Origin: Octopus sinensis
Taxonomy: Eukaryota
Length of the DNA stretch: 64,000 nt
Reading direction: 5' to 3'
Assembly (NCBI RefSeq): GCF_006345805.1
Contig: NC_043012.1
Span: 16,740,001 to 16,804,000 of the forward strand
A program made the translations under genes and the position numbers. Position 1 is the first letter of the stretch; every line of letters begins with the position of its first letter. Shown here piece after piece: positions 23,420 to 36,323 of the stretch. The notes beneath the pieces are model-generated. The model was not told where the DNA came from and did no database searches. It saw nothing but the letters and a program-made list of their open reading frames with translations.

Positions 23420-24755
23420 CTGCAGAAGGTAACAGTGATGGAGTAGGTGGTATGGGCATACTCCTAGCTGAGGAATGAGTGGATAAGGTCATAGAGGTAG
23501 TTAGAGTATGCAATAGAGTACTTAAGCCCAGGTTAGTCTTGCAGAATAGTATAGCAACAATTATATCTGCCTATGCCCCACAAGTGGGCCTACCAAAGGA
23601 ACAGAAGGACCACTTTCATGATATTCTTCTGCAGGCTACCTCCAAAACGAGTGACAAGGATCTCATCTTCATGGCTAGGGATTTCAATGGGCATGTCAGA
23701 CAGCTGTCTGGTATCTACTATGGTGTTCATTGGGGCCATGGAACTGGTTCCAGCAATGAAGAGAGAACAAGGCTACTGGACTTCTGTGATGCAAATAACT
23801 TTTTGATCTGCAACACCAACTTCAGGAAGCCATCCAGCCACCCGATAACCTATCAATCAGGTGACTCTGCTAGCCAGATAGATTTCATTCTCACCAGACA
23901 GTGGGATGCATGGTTGCTCTTAAATGCAAAGACTCTCCCTGGTGAAGAATGTACCCCACCCCAAGCAAAGACTAGTCATTACTAGTCATGAGTTTAGACT
24001 CCAGACTAGAATGATGCCAAGAAGCAGACCAATCTGGAAAAGAAGGATTTGGAAGCTTAAGGACCCTTCATATGGTCAGAGATTTAGGGACATCTTTAGG
24101 GACAAATTTGATGAGAGGGAGGAGAAGCTACAAACCTGTGACATAGAGGGCAACTGGGAATTCCTGTGAGACAGCTTACTGAGTACCACAGACCAAATCT
24201 GTGGCTGGTGCAAAGTTCCTTCCAGACCCAGAGTAACATGGTGGTGGAACAATACCATAGACAGAGCCATTAGAGCAAAGAAACAGGGCTGGAAGGCCTG
24301 GAAGAGTGGGAACTGTATCAAATAGTCAGAAGGGAGAGCAGAAAACAAGAAGTTTGCCTATGTTCAGCACTGTGAGGATCAACAAACTGAAGTATTTTGG
24401 ATTACAAGACAGTGTGTGAGAGAAAATTGTAATGTCATAGGAGAGAAATGTGTCCGCATGGATGATGATGCACTTGCTTTTAATGAGTCTGCAAAGAAAG
24501 AGGCTTGGAGATACCATAATGAAAGACTGCCGAATGTGGAGAATGAATTGGCGGAGGGGAGTCTGCCAAATGTTGACCCAACTGAGGGACCAGCTATCCG
24601 AATTGACAGTACCCTGGTAGATAAAGTAATTAAGGATATGAAGATAGGGAAAGCCCTTGGGCTATCAGGTATCACTGCTGAGATGCTTAAAATATCTGGC
24701 AGTGTAGGTTATGGTCTAGTTACCCATATTGTAAATCAGGCGGTTCATGAAGATA
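23420..24755 (+). mobile_element. RTE (BovB-like) LINE ORF2 remnant: AP endonuclease and linker
   Basis: IISAYAPQVG..DFNGHV..NTNFRK..TYQSG..QIDFIL endonuclease motifs, then KALGLSGITAEMLK; stops and frameshifts present. Confidence 0.9.
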
Positions 24756-24771
24756 AATTCTGCTGCAAATT

Positions 24772-25066
24772 TAGCAGCTGAGCACTCCACTGACACATGT
24801 ACCCTTAACGTAGTTCTCGGGGAGATTCAGCATGACACAGAGTGTGACAAGGCTGGCCCTTTGAAATACAGGTACAACAGTAACAGGAAGAAAGAGTGAG
24901 AGAAAGTTGTGGTGAAAGAGTACAGCAGGGTTCATCACCACCCCCTGCTGGAGCCTCATGAAGCTTCAGGTGTTTTTGCTCAATAAACACTCACAACACC
25001 CGGTCTGGGAATCAAAGCTGTGATCCTATGATTGCTAGTCCGCTGCCCTAACCACTGGACCTCCAC
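24772..25066 (-). mobile_element. SINE family C
   Basis: tRNA-like head on the minus strand (GTCCAGTGGTTAGGGCAGCG..); tail shared with 14290-14460. Confidence 0.75.
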
Positions 25067-25157
25067 ACACACACACACACACATACACAACACACATATA
25101 TATGTGTATGTATATGTATATGTATATATGTATGTATATATATATATATATATATAT

Positions 25158-25700
25158 AGGGAGAATTCACAAAAACACAAAAGACGAAGACAGGTGGTGT
25201 AGACAACAGATGTATTAGGTCAACGCCCGGGAAGTGGAAAAGTCTTTTAAATTTTGAGCCTATGCTCTTCAACAGAAATAAACAGGGAGAGAAAATAGAA
25301 AAAGGTATAGTGGCTAGCGATCTATCATAGCGAATGCAGGGCAGAAGGGTCACACAGGAGAGCTTGAAAGAAGGGGAGATAATAAAGTAGTAGGGATCCC
25401 AAACGGAGGTGCGCATGCGTATGTATAAGAGAATATGTATGTGCATGTGGAAGAGGGCTGGTGACCTTGACATGTGCATGTGCGTGTGTATGTGTAGGTG
25501 TGTGGATGCAGGGCTGGGAAGTGGTCAGTGCTAGTGTGTGCGTAGTGGTGTGATGTGATGTGATGTGGTGTTGTGTGGTATGGTAGTGCAAGGTGTAGTG
25601 GTGTGTGGTGTGTGGTATGGTAGTGCAAGGTGTAGTGGTGTGTGGTATGTGGTGTGTGGTGTGATGGTGTTGGGAGGTGGGGGAGGCGAGAGTGGGCAAA
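25158..25700 (-). mobile_element. Penelope-type pseudo-LTR-like module with degenerate HHR (25243-25279)
   Basis: Minus: UUU-CUGUUGA-A-GAGC.AUAG.GCUC-AAAA-UUUA-AAAGA; terminal segment GACGAAGACAGGTG is shared with ~41975-42010 and ~43065-43110. Confidence 0.55.
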
Positions 25701-26031
25701 GCAAGGAAGGTTGGTCATGTATCAGAACTGATCTGGGCTAAACAACAATATCAATCATCACATTAATAAGATAGCATATTTGTCATCAACTTGAAATTAA
25801 TTATTTTCTGTATCATTTTTCTGTCTCTTCCAGTTCACCACTTAATTAGTTCAATCAATCAACATGAAACAGAAATTACTAAATAACATTAGAAGCTTTA
25901 TTATATTAGATGCATTTAACCAAATCAACAGTTACATTTTTGTGCACCTCTGTTGCAGTTTGACATTGTTTTAATAAAACTGTTGCTATTAAACAGCAAT
26001 AATTAATTTTGTGCATATGCAATTAATCATG

Positions 26032-26248
26032 TATGAGGGGGTGCTGAAAAGTCCCTGGCTTTAAGGGTATCACAAAAGGCTTGGTTGAGGCCCAACCTTC
26101 CAAGTTCCTTTACAGGGCTTAGAAAAACTGAAGAACCACTACAATAAGTGTGTGAATCTGAGAGAGGAATATGTTGAATAAAACCCTTAAGTAACCCTCC
26201 TGTATTTTCTTTTACCCAAAGCCAGAAACTTTTTACCATTCTCTCGTA
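26032..26248. mobile_element. mariner-derived MITE
   Basis: TA-flanked TIRs TGAGGGGGTGCTGAAAAGTCCCTGGCTTT / AAAGCCAGAAACTTTT..CTCTCG; internal remnant of the transposase end (KCV..EYVE*). Confidence 0.8.
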
Positions 26249-27379
26249 ATCATTAACTAGGAGTAATTTTTGTTGACTAGGTGTGGACCCTGTTGATTCT
26301 TATTTTATTCTATGAGACCTCTATATTCATTCAATAAAAATTTTTAAATACTATTGTATTTGAATAATTAAATTCATATTTAGGGGTTGTATAAAATAAA
26401 TTAAGGTATTTTGTGTATTGTAGAAGTAAAACCAGTTTATTGCAGATAAACCTTAACAGCAAAATCTTATTTGGACCCCCCGGGGCCATTTGGACCCTCA
26501 TGAGCCATATAGACCCTGGTTGAGAACCACTAGTTTAGAGTGGGGGACAAAATGCCATATGGTTTTTAGATCCATCCCTTTGCATTCTGAGTTCAAATCT
26601 TACCGGGATAGACTTTACTTTGCATTATTCTAGGCTCGATGATAAAAGCACAGGCATGGTTGGGTGGTTAAGAAGTTCCCTTTGCAACCACGAGGTTTCA
26701 GGTTCAGTCCCACTGCATGGCACCTTTGACAAGTGTCTTCTCCTATGGCCTGATGCTGATAAGCCTAGTGAGTGAATTTGGTAGACAGAAAGTATGTGGA
26801 AACCTGTCGTCGTCGTCATCATCATCATCATCACCATCATCATCATCCAGTGTTTTAAATCTGAGTTTTGTTCCCATTAACAGGGGTGGTCAGATCTACC
26901 TCAATGCCATAGCAACTGAATTAGGCAGGTGCAGCCCACCCCAACCTTTGGGCTGGCAGGCTGGTGCCCATTCTCCTTTGCTATCATGAGGCTTTTTTGG
27001 AGCTGGATTTTCTACGGGGAGCATGTCCTTGCTTACCCCCAACCTCAGTTTCTAGACACGAGTGGTCCCGAGACCAAGCCCTCTGACAATAATTTTTAAG
27101 AAATGTGGTGGAAAACTAGCTCAGGAAGGCAGGAACGCTACTCCCTGAGACCCCTTTCGGGGGCCTGTCATATAATTAAATGACATATAATTAAATCATA
27201 TGACCTGCCATATAATAAAATCGAGGATATAAAATCCTCTTAAAGAGATGTCACCATGGAAACAATTGTAGGTGCTAAGAGTTTGCTTTTGTTTGGAATT
27301 ACATATGTTCAAATAAATTGATGTCTATGTCTCAATTTCTCTGTTTTCATTTTCTCAAACATATATATATATATATATA

Positions 27380-27895
27380 TCATCATCATTTAGCGTCCGT
27401 TTTCCATGCTAGCATGGGTTGGACGGTTCAACTGGGGTCTGGGGAGCCCGAAGGCTGCACCAGGCCAGTCAGATCTGGCAGTGTTTCTACAGCTGGATGC
27501 CCTTCCTAACTCCGAGAGTGTAGTGGGTGATTTTATGTGCCACCGACACAGGTGCCAGACGAGGCTGGCGAACGGCCACGCTCGGATGGTGTTTTTATGT
27601 GCCACTGACACAGGTGCCAGACGAGGCTGGCAGACGGCCACGCTCGGATGGTGTTTTTATGTGCCACCGACACAGGTGCCAGATGAGGCTGGCGGACGGC
27701 CACGATCGGATGGTGTTTGTTACGTCCCCAAAGCACGGAGGCCAGTCTATGTGGTACTGGCTACGGCCACGTTCGGATGATTTTCTTGTGTGCCACCGGC
27801 ACTGGTACCACAAAGATACAAATTCCATTGATGTTCATCCATTTTGATTTGTTTTGATTTGATTTTCACTTGCCTCAACAGGTCTTCACAAGTGT

Positions 27896-27938
<43 letters not shown>

Positions 27939-28430
27939 CCAGCCTCGCCTGGCACCTGTGCAGGTGGCATGTAAAAAGCACTCACTACACTCACGGAGTG
28001 GTTGGCGTTAGGAAGGGCATCCAGCTGTAGAAACATTGCCAGATAAGACTGGAGCCTGGTGCAGCCTTCTGGCTTCCCAGATCCCCGGTCGAACCGTCCA
28101 ACCCATGCTAGCATGGAAAACGGACGTCAAACGATGATGATGATGATATACATATATATCATCATCATCATCGTCGTCAACATCATCGTTTAACATCTGT
28201 TTTCTATGCTGACATGGATTGATCAGTTTGACAGGAGGCGGCCAGCCATGGAGCTGTCCAGACTCCAAATGTTTGGTTTGGTATGGTTTCTATAGTTGGA
28301 TGCCCTTCCTAACACCAGCCACTTTACAGAGTGCACTTGGTGCCTTTTATGCGCCACTGGTACATGGGTATGCTTACACATTTTACGTGGCACTGGCACC
28401 TGTAAAGAACAAGTTCATATGTATCGATGA
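27380..28430. mobile_element. Cluster of three family F SINEs (-, +, -) separated by (TA)n/(GAT)n
   Basis: 27380-27900 minus, 27935-28145 plus, 28160-28430 minus; all carry the CCATGCTAGCATGG-type tail. Confidence 0.8.
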
Positions 28431-28806
28431 CTGCAACTTGACACGTCTTATCAAGTTTAAAAATTACAGCTTCTGAGCCCTTGTCTGAAGATCATTTCTC
28501 ACCACTTCATCTCATGATGGTGATATATATATATATATGTGTGTGTATGTGTATATATATATATATATATATATAGTCCAACCCATGTTAGCATGGAAAG
28601 CGGACATTAAACGATGATGATGATGATGATATATATATATATATAAAATTAGAAAAAAAACCCACCTTTTATCAATTCAAAATGAATAATTAAATTACAC
28701 CATCTAGAAAATTACATATAATAGAAAAGTTAAAATTAAAATAACAATAAAATGTAAAGATTAAGTAAATTGCAAAATAAAATTTGGATTTTATTCCCTC
28801 AAATAA

Positions 28807-28862
<56 letters not shown>

Positions 28863-29414
28863 GTGTGTGTTTGTGTTTGTCAATCTGCTACAGTTGGCAA
28901 AAGAGAGCAGCTGAATAGGTACCGGCCTAAAAACAAGCCCTGAGGGTGATTTTTGAAGGCAAAGGATACTAAATGAAATCTACGCCAGCACTCAATCCTG
29001 GAAAGACAAAGCCAACCTCATTCACATTTCAATTCAGAACATTCAAAGATGTTTTGAAATATTTTGAAGCTGTTTGTTTGATGTTCTATGAAGTCTGGCA
29101 ATCTTATTGTCCTCTTGGTAATCAATCTTCTCTGCCAGTTCACCTGAAATTAAGACGAATATTATCTTTAGATGTTCTAGTTGTTTGTAAAATATCAGCT
29201 CTATATTAGGTTAATCTCATAATTACAGAGAATGAGAAGAACTTTGTTGATTTAATAGGTTAATGTTATTTACAGCTCAGATGTAATATCTCTATTCTCC
29301 AGGGCCCTTCTACTTGTTACATTCTATATACAAACTACAGATCTTCAGTGGATGTAAAGAAGAGATACACATACACACTCACAGATACGTGTGTGTGTGT
29401 GTATGTGTGTGTGG

Positions 29415-29449
<35 letters not shown>

Positions 29450-29522
29450 CATTATACAAAGAAAGAAATAGCACTTAATTCAAAGATTGTGTATGTGTCT
29501 GTAGGCGGCACACACTCCTATA

Positions 29523-29930
29523 GCACTGGATTAACCATTAAGCAAACGAAGAACATGCTTAGGGCGTGGAGAGAGGGTAGCATAGAAATGGTAAATTGTC
29601 TATAGCACAAAAGAAATAATTTTAAACTTGCTAAAATAATATTCGGGATGCCTCATCTCTGCTATGTATAGATGCAGATGTGCTACCTAAGATTAATTTT
29701 GAGGATTTGATCAAAGAAGAACGTGCTTAGGGTATGGAGAGAGGGTAGCACAGAAATGGTAAATTGTCTATAGCACAAAAGAAATCACTTTAAACTTGCT
29801 AAAATAATATTCAGGATGCCTCATCTCTACTATGTATAGATGCAGATGTGCTACCTAAGATTAATTTTGAGGATCTGATCAAAAACTTTGCAATTAAAAA
29901 AATAGGATGGAAACTTTTCAAAGTTGAAGA
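29523..29930 (+). mobile_element. hAT-superfamily non-autonomous remnant with a 168-bp tandem duplication
   Basis: Left end CTGGATTAACCATTAAGCAAAC..GCTTAGGGC; translation SLLCIDADVLPKINFEDLIKNFAIKKNR resembles the hAT C-terminal dimerisation domain. Confidence 0.7.
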
Positions 29931-30187
29931 ACACAAAATTAAATATTATTTCTCATCTTACTGTTTTGTTTCATTTTGAAAACTAAAAATTTATTTTATG
30001 ATTTATTGCTGTTTATACCCAGCATGGCCAGAGTTCAAAGACTGAAACATGTAAAAGAATATAAATACACATACACACGTGCGTGCATACACTTACACAC
30101 ACGCACACACATATTTTGATTCTTTTTTTATTCGTTTCGGCCATGTGGCTGTGGTCAAGCTAGGGCACCACCATGATGTGTGTGTGT

Positions 30188-30348
30188 GATTGGCTGTGTG
30201 GTAAGAAGCTTGTTTTCTGACCACCTGGTTCCGGGTTCAGTCCCACTGCATGGCACCTTGGGCAAGTGTTTTCTACTATAGTCTCGGGTCAGCCAAAGCC
30301 TTGTGAGTGGATTTGATAGACGGAAAAGCCCGTCGTATAGATACGTGT

Positions 30349-30397
<49 letters not shown>

Positions 30398-30590
30398 TGT
30401 TTCACCACTGCATGACAACCGGTGCTGGTGTGTTCACGCCCTTGTAACATTAGCGGTTCAGCAAAAGAGACCGATAGAATAATTACTAGGCTTAAAAGAA
30501 AAATTCCTGCCGTCGATTTGTTCGACTAAAACCCTTCGAGGCGGTACTCCAGCATGGCCGCAGTCAAATGACTGAAACAAAATAAAAGAA
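30188..30590 (+). mobile_element. SINE family A
   Basis: Head, (TG)n and tail are present. Confidence 0.85.
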
Positions 30591-31466
30591 AGAACATACG
30601 AACACACACACACACACACAGTAATAAACTATTTACACATATGCTCCGCCCCCGCTCAAATAAAACCCTTTGTAAAAATTGGCAATGTGTGTGTGTGTGT
30701 GTGTAAGACTTTTTGTTAGTGTTGGAGCAATGGTTGTAGGCCTTATCTCTTGATTCAGAAAAAAATAATAATCTGCTATGATTTATGAGCGGGAGCCGGA
30801 ATAAGCTATTGATAACAAGGAATGCGCCTCTGTCAGCCAGTCACAAGACAATGACAACTTAATTCCCTACAACACCCATCTACTTTTACAAACAGTATCT
30901 TCCTTACACCTCAACAAGTGCCCTGCATAACAAATTATTTTTCATGACGCGCGCGCACGTGTGTATGTGTGTCATTAAACACAATAGAAAAACCCGAATG
31001 CTCGTATTCTTAGCAATTGTTCTTTTTATTGTACTACACTACACCAACCTCGTTTCTTCATTGCATTCTATCTACATTGCATACTATCTTCTTAGTATTT
31101 AAAGGATATAATATAAAAATTTATGCTTTGTTACAGTTTTGTTTGAAGTATATATTTTTAAGAGAGTCTTTATAATTTTGCTGTACCTCAATCCAAACAC
31201 GTGACTCCGGATTCTGTCCCACTGTTGTGGCCCCATTAGCAGTCCTCTGTTACAACCCCGGGATGATCAAAGTCCCGTGATAGGTTGACGGAAACTGGAA
31301 GATGTCTCTTGTGTGTATGTATACCTCACACACACACACACACACATTATATATATATATATATATATATATAAACCATAAAATCAGGAGGCATGAGAGT
31401 GAATATATTTGGCGGAGGTAACCTCCGCCTATCTATTATCTATTACTATCTATCTAAACTATCTAC

Positions 31467-31500
<34 letters not shown>

Positions 31501-31527
31501 ATATATATATATATATATATATCTATC

Positions 31528-31559
<32 letters not shown>

Positions 31560-31659
31560 TATATATATAGGTATATAGGTATGCACCTTGTAGCTACAGG
31601 CAAATACCAGAAGAAGTCGTCCAACGAGGCACACGTGCACCGAAGGGTGCAACACAACT

Positions 31660-32919
31660 ATTTGTGTTAGTATCGGTGTTAGTATCGCTGGTGATGTGGC
31701 CAACCTTTTCATGGTATGGTGGGACAGAAGGCTTAAAGAACGCCTACTGCAGAAATCCATACTCGTAAACATGTACTCTCGCTATGTTGATGATATCAAC
31801 ATAGTAGTAAAGGCACCCCCACAAGAGAGTAATGTTGATATAGTAATAGAAACTAATACTATGGAGAGCATCCAGCAAATAGCTAACTCCATCCACCAGA
31901 GTATTAAGGTCACAATAGACTACCCCACTAAACACCCCAACCATAGACTACCAGTACTAGACACTGAACTCTGGCTAGAAATTGTGAAAATAAAACCCAA
32001 ATCCTTCATTCATACTATGCAAACCTATGGCTCAAAATACCTGATCCACCGGAACTCAGCCATTGCAGGCAATGCCAAATTCAATATTTTGATGGCAGAC
32101 CTCGTCAGAATAATAAGAAATGTGTCACGCATGTGCGAGCCTACAGAATTAAAGAGACACATACAGTATTTCATTCACCGCATGCAGTTCTCAGGTTACA
32201 GCCATAAAGAAAGGATCAGAGTATACAAAGAGCCATGAAGAAATTTGATAATATATTATGTAATGATAGGAATGGGATTTGCCCACTCTATAGGAACAAG
32301 ACAGGAACACTATAGAAAGGACAAAAAAAAAAAAAAAGAAAATAGAGAAGGCCAACTCTTGGTATGATAGCCATAAATACCAGAGTGTCATGTTCGTTGA
32401 CACCACCTGGAGGTGAACTGGAGGCGTACCGCTTTAGAAGGACCCTAGATAAACTTAAACTAAGAATAGGTTGTTGAAAAGCCAGGCAACCCTATCAAAT
32501 CTATAATTGGTAGAACCTATCCTTTTAGTAGAACCCTCTGTACGGATAACTATTGCACTGTATGTAGATTTAGCCCACAAACAAACTGTAAAGCCAGAAA
32601 TGTAGTCTATAGTATAAGATGTATAGAGGGACGATGCAGTAACAAGACAGTAACATACGTAGGGGAAACAGCAAGAAGCATAGGAGAGCGGGTGAATGAA
32701 CATTGGAGACAACTCAAGGAAGGTAAAAGCTCATCGATTCTGTACCAACACGCCGAACAGGAACACGGGGGATCAATCAATAACATAGATTAAGATATTG
32801 TCCACACATAGAACAGATGCAACAATTAGACAAATTACAGAAGCTACACATATAATAGAAAATAAACCTAGCCTGAATAGAAAACTAGAATGGAGCAATA
32901 GCACACACCACAACATATG
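31660..32919 (+). pseudogene. Penelope-like RT/GIY-YIG endonuclease ORF, frameshifted
   Basis: The supplied ORF 31696-32238 covers the YVDD region; the downstream part is broken by stops and frameshifts. Confidence 0.88.
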
Positions 32920-33038
32920 ACGATAGAGGATCCCGAAAACATAATAAAATACACAGATAAATAAACAAATAGAAATGAATAACTATATATATGTATATAT
33001 ATCTATGTATGTATATGTATGTATGTATATATATATAT

Positions 33039-33076
<38 letters not shown>

Positions 33077-33418
33077 TGTGTATATATGTGTGTATATGTA
33101 TATATATATATATACTTTTTTTTTCGATTTATTATTATTATTACTAATATTGTTGTTATACATACATACAAGCATATGGGTGGATGTAAACACATGAACA
33201 AAATTAGAACAAAAGCAACAACAACAAAAACAAAATACAAATTACATGAATGTATATAAACAGAAGATACAAATATTACAGGCATCCCACCACACACACA
33301 CTAAATAAACATAGACGCACATAGAGATATAAGCATGCGCAAATGAAGACATACAATAGAAATACAAAATGGCTGACGGTTAGTAAGGAGAGACACAAAT
33401 AAGTGAGAAGAAAACAAA

Positions 33419-33463
33419 GGACCACTGATGCGGTCACAGGAGTGTGACGAAAGAACTCTGGCC
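33419..33463 (+). ncRNA. Minimal type I hammerhead ribozyme (family 2) in the PLE pseudo-LTR
   Basis: GGACCA-CUGAUGC-G-GUCACA(ggag)UGUGAC-GAAA-GAA-CUC-UGGCC; 6-bp stem II, stem I CCA/UGG + GG/CC; C in place of conserved A9. Confidence 0.75.
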
Positions 33464-33703
33464 GAAATAAGATTAAGATTAATGTAAAAAATAAATATCA
33501 CTGAAGCAAAATAACACTAAATATATAGTGCGTGTGTTTTTATTGGCTAAACTGGCAATATTGGCTAAACTGGCAATATGACCATTCCGAAATATAACAA
33601 TATGCATATATATATATATTTCCATTTTCAATATGTGACCGCGTGTGTATCGTTGGCCATTTTCTTTCTCCGTCTTCCCTTCCTTGGACCTTTCCTTTTT
33701 CTA

Positions 33704-33738
33704 TTTTTCTGACGAAGAACTACGCTCGAAACGTTCAA
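33704..33738 (+). ncRNA. Hammerhead ribozyme (family 3), slightly degenerate
   Basis: UUUUU-CUGACGA-A-GAAC(uac)GCUC-GAAA-CG-UU-CAA; core intact, one mismatch in stem II, weak stem I. Confidence 0.65.
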
Positions 33739-33933
33739 TCCTCCTTCTTTCTTTCCTTTCCTGAGCGTCCAATAGCACTATACTTGTTCAACGTCCTCGC
33801 GTTATTGTGTTTTCTCCTTGTGTTTTCGTGTTTGGATTAACTATATCTATACATACACACACACACACATACATACATACATACATACATACATACATAC
33901 ATACACACCACACACATACATACATACATACAT

Positions 33934-33966
<33 letters not shown>

Positions 33967-33987
33967 TACATACATACATACACACAC

Positions 33988-34022
<35 letters not shown>

Positions 34023-34669
34023 CATACAGTAACGAGTAATCTTGTAATGGACCGGTGTCCTGTTCGGTGGCGAGGGAATGTTATGATCATGGTCCCTTAC
34101 ACTCCGTGGAAACCCCTAGGCAACCAGAATGACGAATCCTAGGACATAAGACAATAATATCCAGGGGAATTATTTCCCTTTACTAATGGCCTCTGTTCCT
34201 TGGAACTGGATGGTCTCATAGCCCCCCACCCCCAAAAGGCACTCCTGACTTATTTTCTTTCTCCACCCCTCATCGCCATTGTTACAACCCACTTCAGCCC
34301 CTCACTAACTACTATGCTCAGTCTTTTCCTCTCCAGAACATCTACCCTTGGGCTGTAGTGCAGCTAGGGAGTGGAAGTGGGGTGGAGTCGATTGGTGGGG
34401 AGTGTTGGAGTCCGCCCTGGGTGCCGTTTTGATGGAGCAAGAACTTTTAGGCCTGCTATATAAGCCTGCTTCAGGGGGTTGGAGCAAGAGGTGCCCCGAA
34501 TGGCACATACTCTGGCTATGCCACTGCCCTCTGGAATTTTCTCCTTGATCGTGTCTGTCCTGCAAGTGTTGACCAGTAAATTTAAATGAAACAATAACCC
34601 CAGCAAGCTCACAGATTTTGGGGTCACAGGCTTAAAAAAAGGGAAAGGAAAATTAGTTCCCATGATTTT

Positions 34670-35045
34670 TTCTCCCGTTTGTTTCAGTCAAGAGAGTGCG
34701 GCCATGCTGGGCACCACTTACAAGAATTTTGAGTTGAATGAACCGAGCCTAATACTTGTCTTTTTTAACCTGGTAATTATTTTATTGGTCTCTTTTGCCG
34801 AACCACTAAGTTAAAGGGACGTAAGCACACCAGCACCGGTTGTCAAAGGGTGGTAGGGGAGCAAACACAGACACATCCACACACATATAGGCGAAGGGGT
34901 TTCTTTTAGTTTCCGTCTACCAAATTCACTCACAAAGCTTTGGTCAGCTCAAGGCTGCAGTAAAAGACACTTGTCCAAGGCACCATGCAGTTGGATTGAA
35001 CCCGAAACAATGCGGCTGGGAAGCAAACTTCTTAGCACACAGCCA
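34670..35045 (-). mobile_element. SINE family A, older copy
   Basis: Degenerate tail and head on the minus strand. Confidence 0.8.
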
Positions 35046-35329
35046 CGTTTATTTTTGTTTATTTTTCTTCTTCGCATCTGAGACTGGCGGCAGGAAAGGG
35101 GCAAGTCAAACCGCTCAGAGAACGAAGGATCAGGTGGCAATGTTTAAAACGGGCAAAGGGCTACCCCCCATCACTTATCATACAAGAACCTCGGAACGCA
35201 ACAAGCAGGAACAAGTACTCTTTTACTCTTTTAACCCAATGAATCGATCCTCATACTTACCACTTTTTTTAGGATCTTTTCTTTTTGATGGACGGAATTT
35301 TCTAAACCGGGTACATAAATAGTGCCGCC

Positions 35330-35600
35330 TTGACTGGCTTCCATGCCAGTGGCATGTAAAAAGCACCATCCGATAGTGGCAGATGCCAGTCCCTCTGGCC
35401 CCTGTGCCGGTGGCATGTAAAAAGCACCCACTGCACTCACGGAGTGGTTGGCATTGGGAAGGGCATCCAGCTGTAGAAACACTGCTAGATCAGACAGGAG
35501 CCTGGTGCAGCCTCTTGGCTTCCCAGATCCCAGTCAAACTGTTCAACATATGCCAGTATGGAAAACGAAATTAAATGATGATGATGATGATGATGATGAT
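35330..35600 (+). mobile_element. SINE family F
   Basis: GGAGTGGTTGGCATTGGGAAGGGCATCCAGCTGTAGAAAC..(GAT)n tail. Confidence 0.8.
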
Positions 35601-35699
35601 ATATATACTGTTTATCAATTCACAACCACCTTTCTTTTTCAAGATGGTAGAGTGTGATTTGGCTGCTACTTCTTGCAGATCGAGTGACCGCTCAGTAGC

Positions 35700-35900
35700 A
35701 CAATGGTGACGTTGCTATGGTAACAAATAGTGGCGGTGGTGGTGTGGTGGTGGGGGCATTCAAGTACAAACACACGCCCGCCCGCACGTACACACACACT
35801 GAATTTAAATGACCTGCTCTGCCGACTTGAAGGTACCGTTAAGTCGGGCTGTCGCCCCGGGCGTCACGTGCATGTTAAGGATCTTTCATATATAAAGGGG
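35700..35900 (+). promoter_or_regulatory. CpG-rich promoter-like segment with RFX X-box, CRE/E-box and TATA-like motifs
   Basis: GTTGCTATGGTAAC (35711-35724), GCCCGCCCGC, CGTCACGTGC and TATATAAA within ~200 bp that is CpG-rich relative to the flanks. Confidence 0.35.
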
Positions 35901-36323
35901 TAGGTGGGGGGAATGTAAAAACAACACCAACAACAATAATCATAATAATAATAAAAATAGAGCATTGTATTCTTACATTTCATAAATCATAATATACACT
36001 TTCAACGTTTTCAGATTTTACTACTTGTCAAAAATATGTCTAAACCGTACATGACAGGAACGCCGAAATTCAAACTGCTCTGAAAGCCATAAACTTTTGA
36101 GTTGGCTCTGGTACACCACATAAATAATATCTTATTTCTTTCTGTTTTTTTTTTTTTTTTTCTACTTTGTCTATATCGTAACACTCGAACGAAGTACTAT
36201 AAGCTATTAAAACATTCTTTATTCATTATATGCTGTTTTTGATTATTTCAAGTGACGAGCAGTATTTATTAATTATAGTACTGACAATGTTTTATACTCA
36301 TCACATAGCGCACTTGACAAAAA

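Larger units (their letters stand above)
31570..33600 (+). mobile_element. 5'-truncated Penelope-like element (RT + GIY-YIG) with 3' pseudo-LTR
   Basis: GVSIAGDVANLFM..YSRYVDDI RT motifs; [47 protein letters not shown] domain ending at TGA ~32919; HHR downstream; flanked by (TA)n. Confidence 0.9.

Noticed and set aside
34305-34663. GC-richer segment with short ORFs and an acceptor-like site near 34337
   Set aside because: No recognisable domain, and the frames terminate quickly; insufficient support.
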